Part shown: positions 57,139 through 64,000 of the stretch, piece by piece | How the letters are laid out: each line of letters begins with the position of its first letter | Numbering within the stretch: the stretch's first letter is position 1 | IMG/VR virus record: IMGVR_UViG_3300042397_000787 | Direction: 5' to 3' (one strand) | Length of the DNA: 64,000 nucleotides | DNA from: a virus | Made by a program: the position numbers and the translations under genes | The notes under the pieces: generated by a model | What the model saw: the letters and a program-made list of their open reading frames with translations, nothing else | What the model was told of the DNA's origin: nothing | The model's database searches: none

Positions 57139-59125
57139 TCATCGAGTCGTAATAATCAGATAGTTCACCTTGCCAGCACTTCTTTAAGTCGCTGGCAAAT
57201 TTTTTGGCTATTTCCCAGTTACCTTCACGATAAAATGTAAGAAACTTCTCATGCTGTTTCTCGCCTGGATGATCGAAGGTTTCCAAGATAGTGAAAATCT
57301 TAGCTGGCAGTGTCTTACCTTTAACTGCAATCAAATCAAGTTCGACTACTTGGTATACATCCCTAACCAGTTCGGCAGTTTGCGGTCCGACGATGAGTTT
57401 GACGCCATAAGACTTGGTTTGACCTTCCAGACGAGCAGCCAGATTAACGCCATCCCCCAAGCAAGTATAGTCAAAACGCTGAGTGCTGCCCATATTACCA
57501 ACAACCACAGTGGCAGTGTTAATACCAAGACCCATCCCAAAAGCGGGAATGCCTTCTCTTTGAACTTCTTCATTGAAAGTCTCCAAATCTTTTAGCATCT
57601 GAAATGATGTTTTAACTGCATCTAGTGCATGTTGGTTATTATCGAGAGGCGCATTCCAGAATGCCATCTGTGCATCGCCGATATACTTATCAAGTGTGCC
57701 GTTATTTTCAAGAATTGCTTTTGTCATGACCGTCATATAACGATTCATGATTGAAGTCAAGCCTTGGACATCTTCACCATAATGTTCTGAGATAGTAGTG
57801 AACCCTCGAACGTCCGTAAACATAATTGAAAGTTCGCGAGACTCTCCGCCAAGTTTTAATAGTTCTGGTTCTCTTTGTAGTCTTGCTACCAAATCTGGAC
57901 TCAAGTAGGTACCAAACTGTTTCTTAATTTGTTGCTTCTGAAGGAATTCGCTAATAAACTTTACAGTGTAGATATGCATATAGATTATTGCAATTGCTAG
58001 TATGTTAAATGTTACATCAAGTAAAATACCGTGTTGCGAGAACAGATATAATGGTAGATAGAAATATCCGCCTAGTAGAACTGCGATAAATATAATCGAA
58101 AATCTAAATCTAGAGAGAATGATCAATGCCAGAGCAAGACCCAGAAACGCCGCAAGATCCGCAATTGCTGACCAATTCGGAATCGAAACAGAATCCCCAT
58201 TTATCAGAGTTTCTAGTAGACTGGCCTGAAGGACATGGGGATGTTGCGCACCTGATGGAGTCGCTACAGGATTTGCAATTCCAGCAGCAGTTACGCCAAG
58301 AATTACAATTTTCCCATCAAGACGAGGAATATCAGAACCTACTTCAACAGTCGGAAATACGTAATTGGGGTTGACAAATACTCTTCCATATTCATCAGTT
58401 TTAATAGTTTCAAAAGAAGGAATTCGTAATGCTTCAACCCCAGTCTGATTTATCTTGGCTTGATACGAAGAGTCTCCTGCAGCTACACGCAGCATCTCTA
58501 GAGCAAATGCGGGATAGTATTCGCCTGATGTTTGAGATAGAAGAGGAACTCGCCTTACAACCCCATCACTCTCGGGTAGGGTCGACGTTATCCCAACACC
58601 GACTGCGGCTTCTTGAAGAGGTGCGATATTACTTAGAACGCACGGATATTGAGGAAGAAATTCAGTTGCTTCTCCATCGCCGATTACGGCAACGCCTGTT
58701 CTCCGAATTGTCGCACTTGCCCGAGAACAAGAATCACTTACCGTCTGACTCAGAACGACTGGATGTGATCTAAGGGTATCGACAAGAACACCGTCAGTCC
58801 CCATACGATCAGGCTCAGGCATAAGTATAGTGCTGCCAACAAGAGCAGCCCCTCTGCCATAAATGTCGCTAATAATTTGAGCATGGACTTCCCTAGGGAA
58901 AGGCCACTGGCCATATTTCTCAATTGCTTTCTCCCCAATATTGATAGTTACAATTTGTTCAGATTGCGTCGGCGAACCGAGCATCAAATAATCATAAAAC
59001 TTCAATCTCGCGGATTCGACCATGTATGGGTTTGATAATTTTACTGCTAACAGCACCGCGAAAGTAATCAATGCCAACCACGGCGAAAGAAGAGCTTTCT
59101 TAGTTTTTTGTATAAGAGTATCCAT
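57065..59125 (-). CDS. CHASE2-domain membrane adenylate cyclase (class III)
   Basis: N-terminal TM, GQWPFPR...DGVVRRVPL...GKIVILG (CHASE2), 3 TMs, then FTDVRGFT, DKYIGDA, GINT..VVVGNMGS, YTCLGDGVNLAARLE (Lys and Thr suggest ATP specificity). Confidence 0.92.
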   Translation of the reverse strand: MDTLIQKTKKALLSPWLALITFAVLLAVKLSNPYMVESARLKFYDYLMLGSPTQSEQIVTINIGEKAIEKYGQWPFPREVHAQIISDIYGRGAALVGSTILMPEPDRMGTDGVLVDTLRSHPVVLSQTVSDSCSRASATIRRTGVAVIGDGEATEFLPQYPCVLSNIAPLQEAAVGVGITSTLPESDGVVRRVPLLSQTSGEYYPAFALEMLRVAAGDSSYQAKINQTGVEALRIPSFETIKTDEYGRVFVNPNYVFPTVEVGSDIPRLDGKIVILGVTAAGIANPVATPSGAQHPHVLQASLLETLINGDSVSIPNWSAIADLAAFLGLALALIILSRFRFSIIFIAVLLGGYFYLPLYLFSQHGILLDVTFNILAIAIIYMHIYTVKFISEFLQKQQIKKQFGTYLSPDLVARLQREPELLKLGGESRELSIMFTDVRGFTTISEHYGEDVQGLTSIMNRYMTVMTKAILENNGTLDKYIGDAQMAFWNAPLDNNQHALDAVKTSFQMLKDLETFNEEVQREGIPAFGMGLGINTATVVVGNMGSTQRFDYTCLGDGVNLAARLEGQTKSYGVKLIVGPQTAELVRDVYQVVELDLIAVKGKTLPAKIFTILETFDHPGEKQHEKFLTFYREGNWEIAKKFASDLKKCWQGELSDYYDSMISRIEEFQVSPPKDWDGVYRATSK

Positions 59126-60554
59126 TACATGGTCCAGTCGTGCATGTTATTTCCATTTTCGCAGAGTCGGCGGCAGTCAAGTTATTTTGTGTGACAGTTA
59201 CACCAATTCCAGGACTATTTAGTAAAAGTTGAAATTGCTTCATAGAAGAACCCAATTGAGTAACCGATGCAGTAACTCCACCAAATGGTGCGCTGATATC
59301 CAGAAAATGGTTAGCAGTTCCCTGTTGTAAGGTACTGATATTATTAGCATTTCCTAACGCATTGATAAACAACGATTTTCCTCCAGCATCTTTTTGTTGA
59401 GCCGAGATTTGATTGCCAAGTCCATTGGTGATAATCTCGGCATATTTGCTGCCTTGTTGTTGCGTCAATGACACTACGTTGTTATCACCAGTAACGGAAA
59501 CTTCTGCTAAGTTCTTGCCGATTGGTGTAGTTGCTGTTCCTTGATTAATAGTAACGCTGTTACCACTACCATTGATAGTCATTGCTTGTGCGCCATTTAC
59601 GCCACGGATTTGGTTCTGCTTAGAGGACTGTTCGATGTAAACAGAATTGCTAGAACCAGTTACATTGATGTAGATAGAGTTTTGTGTGATCGCATTAGTT
59701 TGATTAATCTTCAATGATTGGTTTGCACTGATAGAAGCGAGAGGATATGTCGGTTCAGGTGGTGCAGGTGCAGGAGGTGGCGGCGCAGAAGAACCAGCAT
59801 TCGGTTGAACTGGAGTAAATGCTGTTCCATTCAGCGAGGTACTACCTTGTAACTGATCAATAAACAAAATTGGCGATAATGAAGTATCACCGAGATTGAA
59901 TGATGCAAATCCTAGATTATAGTTACCATCAGCAGGAACAGTAAACACTGCGACTTGCCAACCTGTTGCACCATATGAGTTTGTAGAATAGTTACCTGTT
60001 CCTGGATTCGTAAACCCAAGTAGCGCATAGTTCTGCGTAAGACCATTGACAGTTGGTGTTCCTGGACCGCCAGTAAGAGTTATGATTGAACCATCATTGA
60101 ATGGAACGTAATCGGTCGAAAGATATTGCCACGCAAAGGTATATGTTACACCTGCCTGCAATGCTACGCTTCTTCTAACCCAAGATGCGTTAGTTGGAGT
60201 TGAGTTTCCACCAAGAGATGTAAGATAGGATCTGATACTAGAAATGTCGGATCCTTGTAAACCAAGCGATGTCATGGCAGGGTCGAAGTTGACTGACCCT
60301 GCTCCTGCTTGAACAGCAAGCATGTAAGAACCATATGGCGTAACTGTCCAACACTTACCGCCACCTGGACAATAGTTAGTCATTCCAGTTGTAACTTGAG
60401 AACCTGAACCGTTTGGACTCCAACTGTTTCTTAGAGTTGTTGACCCATTACTGACAGTCCATTCGGTATAGTTACCGTTTTCAAATCCAAGGTTTGTTTG
60501 TGCGAACGCTGGTATCGTAAAGAATAGTAAAAATAAAGCAATTAGTTTTTTCAT
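59100..60554 (-). CDS. Secreted protein with C-terminal curlin-like repeats
   Basis: Signal peptide MKKLIALFLLFFTIPAFA; beta-rich N-domain, Pro linker, then Q/G/N repeats (NSVTINQG, SLTQQQG, STLQQGTAN). Confidence 0.65.
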   Translation of the reverse strand: MKKLIALFLLFFTIPAFAQTNLGFENGNYTEWTVSNGSTTLRNSWSPNGSGSQVTTGMTNYCPGGGKCWTVTPYGSYMLAVQAGAGSVNFDPAMTSLGLQGSDISSIRSYLTSLGGNSTPTNASWVRRSVALQAGVTYTFAWQYLSTDYVPFNDGSIITLTGGPGTPTVNGLTQNYALLGFTNPGTGNYSTNSYGATGWQVAVFTVPADGNYNLGFASFNLGDTSLSPILFIDQLQGSTSLNGTAFTPVQPNAGSSAPPPPAPAPPEPTYPLASISANQSLKINQTNAITQNSIYINVTGSSNSVYIEQSSKQNQIRGVNGAQAMTINGSGNSVTINQGTATTPIGKNLAEVSVTGDNNVVSLTQQQGSKYAEIITNGLGNQISAQQKDAGGKSLFINALGNANNISTLQQGTANHFLDISAPFGGVTASVTQLGSSMKQFQLLLNSPGIGVTVTQNNLTAADSAKMEITCTTGPCNGYSYTKN

Positions 60555-61696
60555 CTTGCACCTGTTTCTTGCATCACAGTTATATTACCCTGTGGTCTAC
60601 CAGTTCCCGATGTTGTCCACTTATCGTCCATAAAGTTATAGACATCTACTAATCCGTTTTGAACGGATACAACTTGTGCTTCGTTACCCTTCTCTAACCA
60701 GATAGTAACTGCCTGTTGTCTGTCATCTGATAGTCGAGTATACACCCAACCGACCTGAACGTTCTTCTTGAATGTCGGCGACACATTAGTATAAACTGTT
60801 TCCGCTGGTTTACTACCTTCGTTAAACTCAGCATAAACTTCTAGAAGTTCTTGTGGTGTTGCTTGGCGAAGCATGGCAACAGTAACTTGTTCTGTATTAT
60901 CATTCGTGCCTGCATCTGGATCCTTATTGTCATCCGATGCTGCTTTTGCTGGGTTAGTGAATTTCTTTAAACTATCTCTAGCAAGTTGAAGTAAACTCTG
61001 ACCATCATCTGTTTCCAACGGAACAATTTGAACGTTGTTATCTAATGTCTTAATCAAAGGATTAATGATTACTGGTGGAGCAGGAGGAGCAAAATTGTTT
61101 TCTACAACTGTTGCTTGGAATGGTTGGTTTAACGTAACTACGCCAGATGCAGTTATTACATCGATTGAACCGTTAGGACATTCGGCAGTTTGTTTTGTGA
61201 TGTCCAATTCGTTATAGCATTCGGGAACCAGCACGACCGTAGAACGACCTGCTTCATCAACCGACATAACGAAGTCTGTGCCACGAACTGCGATAGTAGC
61301 AGTCGGTGTGCGAATGTTTACGCCTCGTGGGTTTGTTTTTGCGACTTTGCCTGATGCGTATCTGACGGTGCCAAGCGCGACCCGAAGTCCAAGTTTGCCC
61401 TTCGTCTTCCCTCCCCCATCATACACAAAGTCATCCACAAGAAGGCGAGAGTTTTCTGTAATATTAACGGTAGTCGAGTCATTGAATGTAATCCTAAATC
61501 TGCCTTGACTGTTTGTTGAAACAGTGTCCATCTTTTGAACTCGTGCACCCTTAGATGCAACTGTAGTCTTGGCGCCACGCTTAATAGCACCACCTCCTCT
61601 GAAATCTGTTATCGACCCAATATCCGCAAAGGCAGGAGTCGATAACAGAAATATCAGTAGAAGATTAGTGACCAGTTTTGATATTAAACGTGCCAT
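60551..61696 (-). CDS. FecR-domain periplasmic protein
   Basis: Signal peptide, D.VST, ITFNDST.V.ITENSRL.VDDFVYD, GTVRYASG, IRTPTATIAVRGTDF. Confidence 0.85.
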   Translation of the reverse strand: MARLISKLVTNLLLIFLLSTPAFADIGSITDFRGGGAIKRGAKTTVASKGARVQKMDTVSTNSQGRFRITFNDSTTVNITENSRLLVDDFVYDGGGKTKGKLGLRVALGTVRYASGKVAKTNPRGVNIRTPTATIAVRGTDFVMSVDEAGRSTVVLVPECYNELDITKQTAECPNGSIDVITASGVVTLNQPFQATVVENNFAPPAPPVIINPLIKTLDNNVQIVPLETDDGQSLLQLARDSLKKFTNPAKAASDDNKDPDAGTNDNTEQVTVAMLRQATPQELLEVYAEFNEGSKPAETVYTNVSPTFKKNVQVGWVYTRLSDDRQQAVTIWLEKGNEAQVVSVQNGLVDVYNFMDDKWTTSGTGRPQGNITVMQETGAR

Positions 61697-62438
61697 TTGA
61701 TCCCACACTATTAATATTGATCACAGTTTCAGATGCACCATACTGTTGTGTTGTTACAGTGTTTAGCGAACCTGTCAGGTTTACATATAGTGAGTGACCG
61801 AATGTTCCACCGAGATCGGTTTGTGTAACATCAAAGTCATTGTAGTTGCCTGTCACCAGAATAGTTTGTGACGCATTTGGTGATAGTGCATCCATGTTGA
61901 TTGTGTTATTGTTACCGTTGAAATCCATCGAGTTGCGGATATTAGCACCCGAACCACGGAAAACAAAAGCATTGTTGTTACCAGTGAACTTGGCATTCAT
62001 GTCGAGTTGATTACATGAGGAGTCAGACTCTTCTGTTCCACAACGAATAGTAGCAGTGTTCAAATCGCCAATTTGACGAATTGTTACATCGGCGATTCCT
62101 TGTGCTCCTGTATCGGATACGACACCCATATAAAGTTGGTTTCCATTGCCTGTCTGTATTGCGATAACGCTCTGGTTATCACCACGTAGGTAAATAGGAT
62201 CAAGAGTAGAACCGATAACGTTAGCAGTACCAGTTTGAACGATGTTAACATCTACGTTACCCCCTTCTTGATCGATATATACCTTATTTGTTGTTGCAAC
62301 AGTATTCGCTTCTGTTTCATTTGGCGAAGTTGTTACAATTGCTGGAGGAGTTGGTGCTGTTGGCAGCACAGTTTGTGCAATCACAGATGTTCCATAACAA
62401 AGAGCAGCGCCAACGAATAAAAACTTACTTAGTTTCAT
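61665..62438 (-). CDS. Secreted curlin-like repeat protein (CsgA/CsgB-like)
   Basis: Signal peptide; repeats IDQEGGN, IVQTGTAN, IQTGNGN, IRQIGDLN, FTGNNN, VTGNYN, LTGSLN. Confidence 0.7.
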   Translation of the reverse strand: MKLSKFLFVGAALCYGTSVIAQTVLPTAPTPPAIVTTSPNETEANTVATTNKVYIDQEGGNVDVNIVQTGTANVIGSTLDPIYLRGDNQSVIAIQTGNGNQLYMGVVSDTGAQGIADVTIRQIGDLNTATIRCGTEESDSSCNQLDMNAKFTGNNNAFVFRGSGANIRNSMDFNGNNNTINMDALSPNASQTILVTGNYNDFDVTQTDLGGTFGHSLYVNLTGSLNTVTTQQYGASETVININSVGSNGTFNIKTGH

Positions 62439-63249
62439 TTGTTGTTTCCTTTTGTTTGAATCTCCATAGATTTTTGGTTTCACCATCCTTGATTAACTCA
62501 ACAACGGCCGTTTCTATGGCAGAACGGATCGCATAACTACCTGCTTCATTACTTGTTTGTTGTCCATCAAATTCAAACGCTTTAGTTGCCATGTCGAAGA
62601 ATGTGAATGCAGTTATCCCCTCAGATGTAGAGAGAACAGTTTTCTCTACAGTAACCGAATTGAGAACTTCACCAGTCTGGACAGAAACTAGACGAAGACT
62701 AACTGTAACTTGGTCTTGTGTGTATTGCTGGTATGGACCGACGCCAAGGAATCTAGCGCCAGTACCACCAGTTTTAATGTTAGAGTTATAGTCAATGATA
62801 CCACCTTCTATGATGATACCTGCAACCTTTAGTGGTGGAAGAGGTTCGGCAGATTCACCTGAAATCTGTTCGCGCATCTGGCGAACAAGTTGACGTTCTT
62901 TAATCAGCGAATCAATACCAACACGCTCAACAGGGATAAACCACTTACCATTGCCCGTATCTTGTAAAGTCTTAATCAGATATGCATCTGCACCTTGGGT
63001 AACCGCAGTAGAGAAACTTGCGAGAGTCGAAGATGGTTTACGTTGACCAGTTCTATCAGTAAATGAATACAACGCAATAGGAATTGGTTGACCATCAAGT
63101 TCTGGTAAATTTTTAAAAAGTTTTGGATTAGCAAAACGCTTGACTTCTGCATCGTCTCTGAATAGATATGATTGGTTAGCAGTAGGATGAAGCGCACCAA
63201 CGCAACCAGAAAGAACGAGTAAAAGTGGAAGGAGAATTAACTTTTTCAT
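62425..63249 (-). CDS. csgG: Curli secretion channel CsgG-family lipoprotein
   Basis: Lipobox LSGC; YSFTDRTGQRKP, FSTAVTQG, WFIPVER, LIKERQLVR, IEGGIIDYNSNIKTGGTGARFLG, DQVTVSLRLVSV.TGEV. Confidence 0.92.
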   Translation of the reverse strand: MKKLILLPLLLVLSGCVGALHPTANQSYLFRDDAEVKRFANPKLFKNLPELDGQPIPIALYSFTDRTGQRKPSSTLASFSTAVTQGADAYLIKTLQDTGNGKWFIPVERVGIDSLIKERQLVRQMREQISGESAEPLPPLKVAGIIIEGGIIDYNSNIKTGGTGARFLGVGPYQQYTQDQVTVSLRLVSVQTGEVLNSVTVEKTVLSTSEGITAFTFFDMATKAFEFDGQQTSNEAGSYAIRSAIETAVVELIKDGETKNLWRFKQKETTNETK

Positions 63250-63258
63250 AACGTCTCC

Positions 63259-63708
63259 TTAGAATGCAAACGTAGCAATAGGAACGACAACAACCGTAGT
63301 ATTGCCATTCTTATCAACTACTGTTAGAGTAACTTCGGTGCCAGTCTTGACATAACTTACAGAGTTACCATCGAGATTGAATGTTCCCGTGGTTGCTGTT
63401 CCGCCTTCTGCGAACAGATTGTTAGAAAGTTGTGTTGCAAGTTGTGCGTAAACCTGAGAGGTAAAGAGTGCCATGAATTTAGCAAGAGGAGTATTTGATG
63501 CCTCTGCCCTTATCAGTGCCGCTTTCGCTGCTTCGGCATCCTTAATTGCCTGCTCACGCGAACGCTCTTGCGCATCGATTGATTGCACATGCGAAGACCA
63601 CCCATAACCAGTAAAGGAAGGTGATTTAAACTGTTGAACAATTGGATCCGCGTATGCTGGACTACTTAGACTTAGTAGCGTCAGGAGCACCATCGCTCGT
63701 TTTAGCAT
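63259..63708 (-). CDS. csgF: Curli assembly protein CsgF-like
   Basis: Signal peptide, QFKSPSFTG, SQVYAQLATQL..NLF, GTFNLDG; directly upstream of csgG. Confidence 0.8.
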   Translation of the reverse strand: MLKRAMVLLTLLSLSSPAYADPIVQQFKSPSFTGYGWSSHVQSIDAQERSREQAIKDAEAAKAALIRAEASNTPLAKFMALFTSQVYAQLATQLSNNLFAEGGTATTGTFNLDGNSVSYVKTGTEVTLTVVDKNGNTTVVVVPIATFAF

Positions 63709-63799
63709 CTTTCTCTTCCTTTTTGTTTTTGTTGTCAGAAGAAAAATTTAAATCAAAGGAAAATACTTTAAGGATCTCAATCTTTAGATTTAGTGTCAT
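63662..63799 (-). CDS. Possible small hypothetical protein (45 aa)
   Basis: MTLNLKIEILKVFSFDLNF... with GAGGA RBS, bridging neighbouring genes. Confidence 0.4.
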   Translation of the reverse strand: MTLNLKIEILKVFSFDLNFSSDNKNKKEEKDAKTSDGAPDATKSK

Positions 63800-64000
63800 T
63801 ACTGTGATCCTCTTTTATTTGCAAAACTACACTCACCTTCTGGTTTAATCTAATCAAATCGTTGTCGAGCATACGAACACGATCAATCAACGCAATCAAA
63901 ATTACGTTTGTCTCACCAATCAACGGCATCAATTTATCAGTTACGAACTTATAAATGAACCAAACAAAATATCCCATACCGACAGATGCGACGATTGGGA
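63777..64000 (-). CDS. Small membrane protein (LIDRVRMLDNDLIRL), 5'-partial
   Basis: Frame open to the window edge; hydrophobic PIVASVGMGYFVWFIY segment followed by a coiled coil. Confidence 0.6.
   Translation of the reverse strand, partial: PIVASVGMGYFVWFIYKFVTDKLMPLIGETNVILIALIDRVRMLDNDLIRLNQKVSVVLQIKEDHSNDTKSKD

Noticed and set aside
1-64000. Stop-codon reassignment (alternative genetic code)
   Set aside because: Conserved genes are intact under the standard code, and TAA, TAG and TGA all serve as stops.

Overview
A 64-kb segment of a large T4-like myovirus genome. The host is probably an alphaproteobacterium, inferred from an alpha-type permuted tmRNA, a SleB-type hydrolase and apparently leaderless mRNAs. 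In order: (1) glycosyltransferase, methyltransferase and dioxygenase-like genes next to repeat-rich virion proteins (1-6.6 kb); (2) the baseplate/tail module (6.6-35.8 kb): VrlC/DUF4815-like protein, gp8, gp7, gp6, gp25, a gp5 split over three in-frame ORFs, gp53, gp48, gp4, gp2, gp54, gp26/gp51 with a perfect -1 slippery site, and a tape-measure-like gene; (3) gp32-gp59-gp33, a DNA amino-methyltransferase and a cell-wall hydrolase; (4) a circularly permuted two-piece tmRNA (tag ANDNVAFAGYALAA) whose intervening segment carries the RBS and first 41 codons of a 57-aa Bfd-like Cys protein missed by the ORF track; (5) an A-type Fe-S carrier, exonuclease, phoH and DenV-like gene; (6) a ~14-kb operon with a carbamoyltransferase, two SGNH-like proteins, a small PFIY peptide and eight radical-SAM enzymes; (7) a CsgF-CsgG-curlin-like-FecR-CHASE2 adenylate cyclase operon. 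The most novel-looking items are the tmRNA with its nested Fe-S gene, the eight-enzyme radical-SAM cluster, the curli/cAMP module and a recurrent late-promoter-N5-ATG leaderless architecture. All product calls come from motifs recognised by eye; no database searches were run.
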